Source of the DNA: Octopus vulgaris
Taxonomy: Eukaryota
DNA: 64,000 nucleotides
Assembly: GCA_951406725.2 (NCBI GenBank)
Contig: OX597819.1
Coordinates: 59,582,001-59,646,000, forward strand
Direction of reading: 5' to 3'
Position 1 is the stretch's first letter, and each line of letters starts with the position of its first letter. This document shows, piece by piece, positions 40,101 to 51,800 of the stretch. The translations under genes were made by a program, and so were the position numbers. The notes beneath the pieces were generated by a model. That model did no database searches. It was not told where the DNA came from and saw only the letters and a program-made list of their open reading frames with translations.

Positions 40101-43100
40101 CTTTGGCATGGTTTCTACAGTTGGATGCCCTTCCTAACACCAACCACTTTACAGAATGTACTGGTTGCTTTTTACATGGCACCAGCGACAGCAAGGTCAC
40201 CAAGTAACTTGCAAGACAAGACTTCTCTGAGAGGGAGGGAGTTGTATTGAGGAACTGGAGAAGGTGTCTTGCATTGGAGGAGAAACATGGTTATCTCAGG
40301 TGGAGAAAGAGAAGACAGTGAAGATGTGACTGGGAATTGGAGAGAGTGAGAGATAGAAGGGGATGTGGTGGATGGGCACGGGCAGAGGGATGGGATATTA
40401 GGAAGATGTCTATTTTATACAGTCTAACATTCTTTATTTTCCAGTGTTTGCCAGCAAACCCTAATAATGTATGGATCCCTGTAACCAGTACCACAACACC
40501 AGATGACTTATATCCGCAAGAATCATCTTCTCTTCAAGGGTAAACCAACCAAAGAATATTTTTCATAATAATATTGAAACTTGTATATAGTGTTGTTTAG
40601 TTTTGTTTTGTGTTTGGGACCCTTGCATTTTTTTTCTGTTATTAAGCCCTAGGTCAGTGCCAAAAATTCAAACCTTTAACCAAAGGCTTGTCAGCCCTGA
40701 CTATCCCTTAGATATCAAATATTGTACTTGCTCTTCTTAAGATTGTAGGGTGTAATTTGAGGGAGATTTGGTTACTAATTCTAGCAAGTCAAATAACCAT
40801 GTGTAGACTCCCCTATTGGTGTTTTGGTGGCATGCAGTAGAGAAATACCTGAATCTGAGTAGAGTAAATAATTTTATTGCCAAACCTTCAAGCATAGGTT
40901 GGAGTTATTTCCACTACCTTGGCTAAATCGAATAATTGGTTTTGTGTTTGGGATAAGATTTCATTACATTAGCTTACTCATTTAGTTGTTAGTTTTTATT
41001 TTTGTTTTTTGTATCAATATTATTTTCATCAATGAGGAGACCTGTTGAGTGAAGTACATCAACATCAAAATAAAAATCAAATGGAAATTGTAGTTGTGAT
41101 ACCCATGCCGGTGGCACATAAAAAGCACCAGCCAAATGTGGCCGATGCCAGCACAGCTTTGATTGGCGTCTGTGCCGGTGGCACGTAAAAAGCACCAACC
41201 GATCATGGCTGTTGCCAGCCTCCTCTGGCCCCTGTGCCGGTGGTACGTAAAAAGCACCCCCTACACTTACAGAGTGGTTGGCGTTAGGAAGAGTATCCAG
41301 CTGTAGAAACACTGCCAGATCAGATTGGAGCCTGGTGCAGCCTCCTGGCTTCCCAGACCCCAGTCGAACCGTCCAACCCACACTAGCATGGAAAACGGAT
41401 GTTAAACGATGATGATGATGGTGTTTAGTATAATTGAATATAACATACAGTAAGTTGGCAACATCAGTAAAGTGTTTTAAGATATTTAACTTTGTTCCCT
41501 TTAGTGTTCTGAGTTCAAATCCAACTGCCATAAACAGTTATCTTTTTCTTTGTCATTCTGAGTAGTTTAACCACACATCAGTAGTGTACTAGGAGTGATG
41601 TAATTGACTATTTTCCTGTCTTTCAGAATTTTGCCTTATTATCTATTTTGCTGAGACAAAAATATACTAACATGGAAACTGTTTTATAAAATGTCATTAT
41701 GAAATTCTCCATTTCTGTTCACAGAAATGAAGAGGACAACAAGTACAGAGAAAATCTTTGTGATTTGCTCCATAGAATAGCTGATAATTTACCTTTAGCA
41801 GGTAAGGAGATCAATTCTTTTGTTTTCTAGGATTAGGAGGTTCTTGTATGTTCATGATGCTAATGCTCAGCAATATCTTCATTTCTTTTCCATTAATTTT
41901 TATTGTGTCTATAAAAGCTGTTAAGCTTTTGTTTTCGAAGGAGGCTATTGGCAGTACTTGTGTTTGTTGTGCCTCACTGCCATGCTCAGTCTTGGCTTGG
42001 CAGTTGAATCTGATGGACCTTCTGATTGACACTACTGCCAAATGTGAAGTTCACACAGTTATTCGGTTTTTGAATGCAAAAGGCATTAAACCGATTGAAA
42101 TTCATTGCCAATTAACAGAAGTGTATGGCAAGTCATGCATGGATGTCAAAAACGTCCGGAAGTGGTGTAGGGAGTTTGCAATTGGTCATACTGAAATTCA
42201 TGACAAAGAAAGAAGTGGGCGACCATCAATTTCCGACAAGACAGTCGCAAAGGTTGAGCAAATCCTGCATAAAAATTGGCAGATCACTCTGGATGATCTC
42301 CGCATTTTGGTTCCTGAGGTTTCTCGAAGCACCATTCATAGGTTTTGAGGGAAAAGTTGCAATATTGTAAAGTGTGTGCAAGATGGGTCCCACAAATGCT
42401 TGCAGAAGACTAAATGGCAACCCACCTTATAGTCCAGACTTGGCACTCAGTGACTACCACCTGTTCCCTAGGTTGAAAGAACATTTGGCTGGAATGCGCT
42501 TCAGCAATGATGACGAGGTGAAAGATAAGGTTTATTGCTTCCTCAACGACATGGCAGTTAGCTGCTATATGGGCATACAAAAACTTCCCCAGTGCCTACA
42601 AAAATGCATCGACTGAAATGGTGATTATGTAGAAAAATAGATAAATGTTCACACTTTAAAATGATGTAAGCACAAATGACAATAAATGTTTCTGTGATTT
42701 CTAAATATTTTTGAAGACCTTACTTTTGGGATTACCCTTGTATATATACAGGGGTTGGACAAAATACTTAGCATCATGGCATCATAATTTTGAATTATCT
42801 ATAAAACTGTCAAAAGCTTGTATATTTTTTGTCTTTTGATTTATTATTAGTGTTGCTTAATATGTTTTGCTAAAATTGCTGTTTCTTCCCAGATATCATC
42901 AGAAAAAGGTAATTAAAATTCATTAAAATGACAGATCTATCAGACTTTCAAAGAGGTCAAATTGTTGGTGCTTGTATGGCAGGCACTATCGTAACAAAAA
43001 CACCCAAAATGTTTGGTGTGTCAAGAAGTAGTCTCAAAAGTAATGACAGTTTTTGAGAAAGAGGGAAAAACCTCCTCATCAAAACAAAACTCTGGAACCA

Positions 43101-45817
43101 TGCAAAAAGTACTCATGCCGGCCCCACTTGGCAGCACTTGTGCTGAGCCACGTTAAAAGCACCCAGCACACACTGTAAAGGGGTTTGTGTTATGAAGGGC
43201 ACCCAACCTTAGAAACCATGCCAGATCAGACTGAAACATGGCACATCTCACCGACTTGCCAGCTCTGATCAAACCATCTAACCCATGCCAGCATGGACCA
43301 CAGTTGTTAAAGAATGAGGATGATTCAAAATGTACATGCAATGCACACCATAGATATGCTCAAAATGTTTACTTCTCTACACAAAAGTTATTCATCAATA
43401 TACAGTATATATAAACTATATACAGACAATATGTACAAAATATCTACTTATAATGAAAGTAGTATTTACCATATTTCTATCTCGTGTACAAAGATTGTTT
43501 ATATTTATGTTGTAGGAAGTATTGTGGACATTATTGTTGACTTCTCAGAGGTGTCTGACCTTGATGATGAGTAAGTATACACATTTAACTCTTCTTAGTT
43601 ACTTTTTACTTCTTTATTGTTGTTGCTGTTTCTCTTGGCTTCAGTTTACATAGGATGTTATTCTCACTTTACAGTGAATTTCAGCTGAAATATTATAACA
43701 AAAAGATTAAAGCATAAGGCAAATTGCTGCCTAATTCTTTTAAAAACAAATAAAGTTAATTATACATTTTATCACCTAGAATGTATAATAATATTTGGGC
43801 TGCTTCCTGCACCAGTCCCGCATAGCCCCTGCCCATTTAAAGTACCTTGGATACCAGAACATCCCGCTGTGCTTCAGGAGACCTATTGAGTCAAGTACAT
43901 GAACATCGAAATAAATGTCAATGGAAATAGTAGTTGTGATACCTGTGTCAGTGGCACATAAAAAGCACCATCCGAACGTGGCCGATGCCAGTGCCGCCTC
44001 GACTGGCTTCTGTGCCGGTGGCACATAAAAAGCACCATCCAAATGTGGCCGATGCCAGCGCCGCCTTGACTGGCTTACGTGCCGGTGGCACGTTAAAAGC
44101 ACCAACCGATCGTGGCCGATGCCAGACTCACTTCGCACCTGTGCCAGTGGCACATAAAAAGCACCCACTACACTCGCGGAGTGGTTGGCGTTAGGAAGGG
44201 CATCCAGCTGTAGAAACACTGCGAGATCAGACTGGAGCCTGGTGCAGCCCCTGTCTTCCCAGACCCCGGTCGAACCGTCCAACCTGTGCTAGCGCAGAAA
44301 ACAGACGTTAAATGATGATGATAATTTGACCAATATATAGATATATTACACAAGACTCAATGCTCTATATCAATGACTCACAGTGTACTGCTACCAACCC
44401 AAACTGCCAATTGCTCACAGTTCTTTACTTTATAACGAGACAGTCCACCTTCAGTCACTTGGTGGGGTGGTCAGACTTCTTCCACAACACATACTAATTT
44501 GTAAATGAAGAGATAAATCTAATCTTATTCCTGCTGTGTAAATTATATACTGATTGTATGAAATTATCTGTTTCCTTTCTAAAGCATTCTGCCAGTCTTA
44601 CATGGTGTTCTCAAACGCTATCAGTTGTGGCTGTGTGCCAGCATCTTCATCATTTACGTACCTGATACTGGAAAAGATGTGAATAACCCTAACAACATTG
44701 ATGTATTATTGGAGGTTTGGGCTGTAGACTGCCTACCATCTTTGGATCAAGTGACAATTCCACAGAACCTTGCTTGGAAAGGAAATATCATTTTAGTTGA
44801 CAAACAGGTGAGTTACATAGTTTTCATTCAGGCAGGTCCTAATAAATTCCACCCCATAGACCACAAAAACACCCAGGATAATTATATAACTATATTGTGT
44901 ACAGAAAGACAAATAATTAGATTAGTTAAGTATAGCTGAAAGTCTTGCTGCTATGGATGTGGTAGTAAAAGCCACTTGAAGGCTGACTAGCCAGAGGATT
45001 CTTATAAAATAAAGAAAGAAAATGACAAACAACAGCAATAGCAACAACAATTGTTGGTCCCTGAAACTGTTGTCACTAGAGTACTGCTGGTTGCTACTCT
45101 GAGGGTAGTAATAAAAAATTCTTTTCTACTTTAGGCACAAGGCTCGAAATTTTTGGGGAGGGGGCTAGTCAATTAGATCAACTGGTACTTAATTTATCGA
45201 TCCCGAAAGGATGAAAAGCAAAGTCAACCTCGACGGAATTTGAACTCAGAATGTAAAGACAGATGAAATGCCGCTAAGCATTTTGCCCTGCGTTTGCTAA
45301 TGTTTCTGCCAGCTTGCCGCCTTAGTAGTAAAAAAAAATTGATTCATTCTCAGAGCCATGAACCAATAACTAAGAAACAGATGGGGGCCCTCTCAGTAGT
45401 ACCACCCCATCTTGTAGTGATGGTGAGGAAATGAAAAACGTACAGTGATAGCAAACAGAATGGGACAGGACACAGCAGGGTTAAGTAGAAAAGAAAAAGA
45501 TAAGATGAGCCCAAACATGTAAGCCACACTGAGAAAATACTCTGGAATTGCATGAAATTCACACTCTTTTGAATAACCAGTGTAGTGATGATGAACCTAT
45601 TGAATGAGAAGTCAGAAGTAGTGTGTAGATTAAGAAAGAGATGGGCTCTGATTTCATTGAACACTTGAAACATAGACTGTTAATGAAAAGAAAAGTACAA
45701 GATTATGAATTGTTGAACTGCACTTATCCAGAGAACATGGAATAACATGACATAAAAACTAAGTATGTGTATATATATATATATATATTTATATACACAC
45801 ACACACACACACACACA

Positions 45818-45858
<41 letters not shown>

Positions 45859-48800
45859 GGAGAAAAGATAAATTCAAAGGTTTATGTATATATTCATTCA
45901 ATCCATATTAACGAAATTCTCCATGGTATACAATATACATACATTGATGCATTCATCTATATTTTTATATATTTATATTTATGAATTTTTATGTGTTTAT
46001 AAATTTTTAAATGTCTATGAATTTTTATATATTTATAAAATTTCGTGTATATATATGTATTTATAAATACTTAGAAATTTTTTATGTATCATATAGATGA
46101 ATGCATCTATGTATGTATATTGTATACTATGGAGAATTTCGTTAATATGGATTGAATGAATATATACATCAACCTTTGAATTTGTCTTCTCTCCTTCTTA
46201 ATTTTAAATTCCTGAAGCTCTGTCAGAGTGCTAATTGGTTCTGTATAAAGTGGCTATCTATATCACTTCTTCATTGACTCTCTCATTCGCTGACACGTGA
46301 CGAAAGGGAATCTATCATTTTGCCCATTTCTTTCTTAAAGACAACACGTGCTTATACCTGTCTCCTCTCATAAGCTCATCCTCCCAGCGTTCATAATAAT
46401 TTTTCTATTGTCTTGGCTTAGCAGCCCTCACCATTTGTTTTTACTGTCTTGTTCTCACTGTCCTGTTCTTGTTACCACTTTCACCCTCTGCAAAAAATCC
46501 CAAACTTTATTTAATTTGCTTTGTGGAAAGGACTGTTTCAACGAAGTCGCATATTGTCCTTACCTTCGAAACGCGGAGTAGATCAAACAGGGACAACTGA
46601 TGAAGGGGAATATTCTTTATGTTGCATGTCTCGTTTCTCTGTTTGTTTGTCTGTTTGTTTTTTTGTTTTTCAAAAAAAGTTTTTGTTTTTTCGTTTCTCA
46701 TTGTGTTCAACGTTGTTTTGATGTCCTGTACTCATATATGCATGTATATATACATATATATGTAGGAATGTACATATATGTATATATATATGCGTATATT
46801 TATATATTATTTATATTATATATATATAATATTATATTATATCAAATTATATCTTATAGAACTGTACAGATAGTTGTTTTTCTGGATTTGCCCTGGAAAC
46901 AACTCAGAAGTCTTTTCCCATCAAAATTATGTTTAACAAAAATGATGATAATTCGAAGAAGGAATGTCTTGGTGATGCTTACTCCTGCAATGTAAGTATG
47001 TTAATATTGATTTCAAATTTTGGCACAGGGCCGGTAATTCCAGGGGACGGGAGTAAGTTGATTATATCAATGCCTGTACTCAATTGCTACTTATTTTATT
47101 GACCCCAAAAGGATGAAAGGCAAAGTCCATCTCGGTGGAATTTGAACTCAGAATGTAAAGTCAGACAAAATGCCTAGCGTGCTAACGACTCTGCCAGTTT
47201 GCTGACTTTAAAGTATTTTTATCCTTTTACTTGTTTCAGTCATTTGACTGTGGCCATGCTGGAGCACCGCCTTTAGTTGAGCAAATTGACCCTAGGGCTT
47301 ATTCTTTGTAAGCCTAGTACTTATTCTATCAGTGCCGAACTGTTAGGTTACAGGGACATAAACACACCGGCATCAGTTGTCAAGCAATGTTGCGGGAACA
47401 AACACGGACACACGTATATATACACATATATACAACGGGCTTCTTTCAGTTTCCGTCTACAAAATTAACTCACAAGGCTTTGGTTGGCCTGAGGCTATAG
47501 TAGAAGACACTTGCCCAAGGTGCCATACAGTGGGATTGAACCTGGAACCATGTGGTTGGTATGCAAGTTACTTATCAAACAGCTACTCCTGCACCTATAG
47601 CTACTTACCACACAGCCACTCCTGTGCCTATATTAATATTAATAATTATTTACAATAGGGCAGCGTATTGGCAGAATTCTTTTCTACTCTAGGCACAAGG
47701 CCTGAAATTTTGGGGGAGGAGGCCAGTCGATTATGCAACTGGTACTTAATTTATCAACCCCGAAAGGATGAAAGGCAAAGTCAACCTCGACGGAATTTGA
47801 ACTCAGAACGTAAAGTCAAACAAAACACCACTAAGCATTTCGCCCAGTGTGCTAACGACTCTGCCAGCTCACCACCTTAGTGTATTGGCAGAATTGACAG
47901 AGGAATGAACAAAATGTTTTGAGGTATTTCGCTGGGTACTTTGACATTCCTATTTTGAATCCTACCAAGATCAACTTTGCCTTTCATCCTTTTGGTTGAT
48001 CAGTATGGAATTACAAAAGTACTGGGGTCCATATAATCAAGAAAACTCTCTTCAAAATTTGAAGCCAAGTTCTTCATTTAGTCATTGATATTGTTAATTT
48101 ATCAAAGACTAGCAGTATTGCCCGGCGTTGCTTGGGTTTGTTTTCTGGTTGAAATACACCAAAAATTGGCAACACGGCAGTCAAAAAATCATAAAAAATA
48201 GGGATTTTCATAGAAAAAAAGTACCTTTTTGATGTAAATAATTTTTGGTGTTAACATGGTCCGATTTGAATTTTTTCTTCTACAGAAGGAAGAGCAAGCC
48301 TTCTTCTATCATACTCTCAATTTTGGTCAACTTGCGCTGCAGGGTCTCGGAGGAGATAGTGTTAGTTGAAGGCTACCAAACCTGCCATACACAGACAACT
48401 TCAGCTTTATATATATATATGACTATAGAACAATTTATATTAAAGGCTCTTGTTATTATTGTTATTTAGTTCCCAAATTGCCTCAATCAACAAATCTATG
48501 ATAATATGTATTCCAGTCGTGGCGATTTTTCTCTTCTCTGAGCAAAGCATGGATATAGGTGTTGTGGTTAAGAAGTTTACTTCCTAATCATGAGGTATGG
48601 TTTCAAGTTCAGTCCCATTGCAAGGCACTGTGGGCAAGTGTCTTCTACTATAGCCCAGAGCCAATCAAATAACATTGTGAGTGGATTTGGTAGACAGAAA
48701 CTGAAAGAAGCCCAAGGTGGCGAGCTGGCAGAAGGGTTAGCATGCCTGGCGAAATGAGTAGCCGTATTTCGTCTGCCGTTACATTCTGAGTTCAAATTCC

Positions 48801-51800
48801 GCTGAGGTTGACTTTGCCTTTCAACCTTTTGGGGTCAATAAATTAAATACCAGTTACGCACTGGGGTCAATGTAATCGACTTAATCTCTTTGTCTGTCCT
48901 TGTTTGTCCTCTCTATGTTTAGCCCCTTGTGGGCAGTAAAGAATTAAGAAACTGAAAGAAGCTCATCGTATGAGAGTATGTTTATATCTATGTCTTGTTC
49001 TGATATCGCCTGATAGTTGTAAATGAGTGTCACTATTATCCAAGTAATGTCATTTTGTGAAAACATACTTGGCTATTGGGGAAATATTACTTGCTTGGAA
49101 ACAGGTACAGGTGGCAATAAGAAGTGGCATCCAGATTTAGAAAATTAGTTTCAGTAAACTCTGTCTGGCCCATGCAATCATGAGAATGTGGACACTAAGG
49201 AAGGAGGAAGGGGAGAATGATGAAGAAAAAGAATATATTTATATTCATGCCATCCCATGTGTCCTTCCTTTTCTAAGATGAGGGTATGATGTACGGGAGC
49301 TTTGGTTCTTATTAATAACAAGCTGAGCTGCCATAAACCAGCTCTTTCATTGACTCTTATTATTGTTGCTCAGCTCCAGTGAGCAAACCTATGATCAAAG
49401 GAATTCCAACCATGACCATCCTGTCTTCTTTAGGGGCATGTATGGTTATATTGTTTCATGAGCCTTTTCCTTAATACAACAGAGTGTGAGTTGAGAGATA
49501 TTTTGTTGCTATTTATAACTTGTCAAGCAACTAGATAGAGACCCCCTCTGTTGTTTTATCATCTTGTAGAGTAGAACAGTCAGTTTGGTGCTGAGTTTGA
49601 TCCTTAGTTTGAACATAAATCTTAGTGCTGCATGGGTCAGTTGCTGCTAAAAGTAATTGACTTTTTAATTATCATAAAATAATTACCAGCTGTATATTCT
49701 ATTGAAAATTTATAATGAACTAAGGAAAATTGCAGCAAAAGAGATTTGGTTGTTATTTCTAGCAATGCAAGTGATCATGCAGAATCTGCCTCATTAATTG
49801 GTAATTTATAAATGTTGTTATTGGAGTAACATTTGAAACATTGTTTATTGGTCATTATTCAAGAAACATCAGTATTTGTTTTAGATTAAGACATATCATG
49901 AAAACATATAATAAAGCAACTTTCAGTGACCTTTGAATAAATATCAACAGGAACATAATATGTGTTTTATTTAACCACTAAATTACCAAACCATTCTGGA
50001 GATTATTTATATTTTTTAACAGAATCATCTAAGACTTGGTTCACACATGAAAATCCTCGACATTGTCGATGTACACACAATTCCTCATTTTGCCATTCGT
50101 CCTCAAGTATTTAAACTGTATCCTTTAACTTTAAGTCATGTTACTTGTGAAATTTCAGTATTTTATTATTTATGTAATACTTTTCTTTGGGCCCTTTTTT
50201 TTGTTGAATGGTCCTTTAGTTTTATTTTAGACGTGTCTGCTTTCTGTTGATATGCGATTTGGCATATTCAATTTCTGATCCTTCATTTGCACATTAGACA
50301 ATCATACCTACTTTCATATTCATTATTTACATTTCAGAAATATCTGTTATACAAATGAGGCATACATTACTAAGAAGGAATGCAAATGAAGTTCTTACTG
50401 CTGTTTAGTAATTAGATTACACTCTAGTTAGTAAATATTATTCCAGTAGTACTTTCGCTCAGGCCGACAAAATGTGTATACAAAATTAGATTCCCTGTCT
50501 TTGTGTGTGTGTCTGTGTCTGTGTCTTTCTGCATGTCTTCGCATTGATAACTACTTGGCCATTCAACATGTGAGATCAGTAGACTAAAATACTTTTCTAT
50601 ATCCATATAAAAGATTGATGTATAAATATCAAAGAATAAATACACAGCAATTAAGAATTCAATTAATAACAGACTGTTAACTTCCAACACATATTTACAT
50701 TGTAGTAAATCCAAGTGGAACTGATTTGGATGTACGTAATCAGCTAAAGTAATCTATAATAGCAATATATTTAGAACAAAAGCCGAAAAGCATATATTTT
50801 ACCATAGAACATTGCATCAAGAAATCTTGTCTAACCCATGCAAGCAAAAGAAAAATGGGTTTAAAAAGAATGATGTTCATTTCCATAACTCACAGCCAGT
50901 GTATTGCTGAATCAAAATGAAAAGTCCCATCAAATTCTGGAATATTTATCAAACTGTGACCAAGTAAGTAAATATTTTGTACATTTTTAGCATCATCATT
51001 ATTCGGGTATATCAGTTATAGTACTGGACTACCTGACCACTTGGACATTAGTTCAAATCTTATTGTAGAAGAGATGTTGTGTGTGACTATATCCTCTGGT
51101 AAACAACTTTGTTTGATTCCATAGTCTTTTTTTTTTTTTGCTGACAGATTCCACTCCAGTTTTTCAATTTAGCGATCAGCACTCTAATAACAATTGCTTC
51201 AATTATATGCTTTCATACTACTACTACTACTACTACTACCACCCCACCACTACTACATCATCATCACCACCTCCACCACCACCACCATTTAGCATCAAAC
51301 GGTTTGACTGGAACTGGTAAACCGGAGAGCTGCACCATGCACCAGTCAGCTTTGACTTGATTCTTATGGTGCAATGCCAACAAGAAAATTTGACATCAAT
51401 AGAAGCATGAGAAAAAAAGATGTAAAACAGTTTTAAAAGCTTCACTGCCATTAGTTCTGTTAATTATCACTTTTGCTATCACAATTAATATCATCTTTAT
51501 CATTCATTGATTGTGAAAATTAGACATTGCAGAAAATTTCTCCATTTCTCTCTCTGGCTCCACTTGATCACTCCTCTCTTTGAGTAGTCATGTAGCTTCT
51601 CTATAGCATGAAACCTGTTCTACTCTGGCTCCTTCTCTCATACTTTTACTCATCTTTTGCTCCTTATTTGCTAAGCATAAAGTTGTTCCTGCTTCTCCTC
51701 GGGTCACCTCAGGTTAACCAATAACTTATGGTTGGCAGAAGCTGTGGCAGCCCTTTGTGTGTGTGTGTGTGTGTGTGTGTTGGGGTTGGGGTATGTTTAT

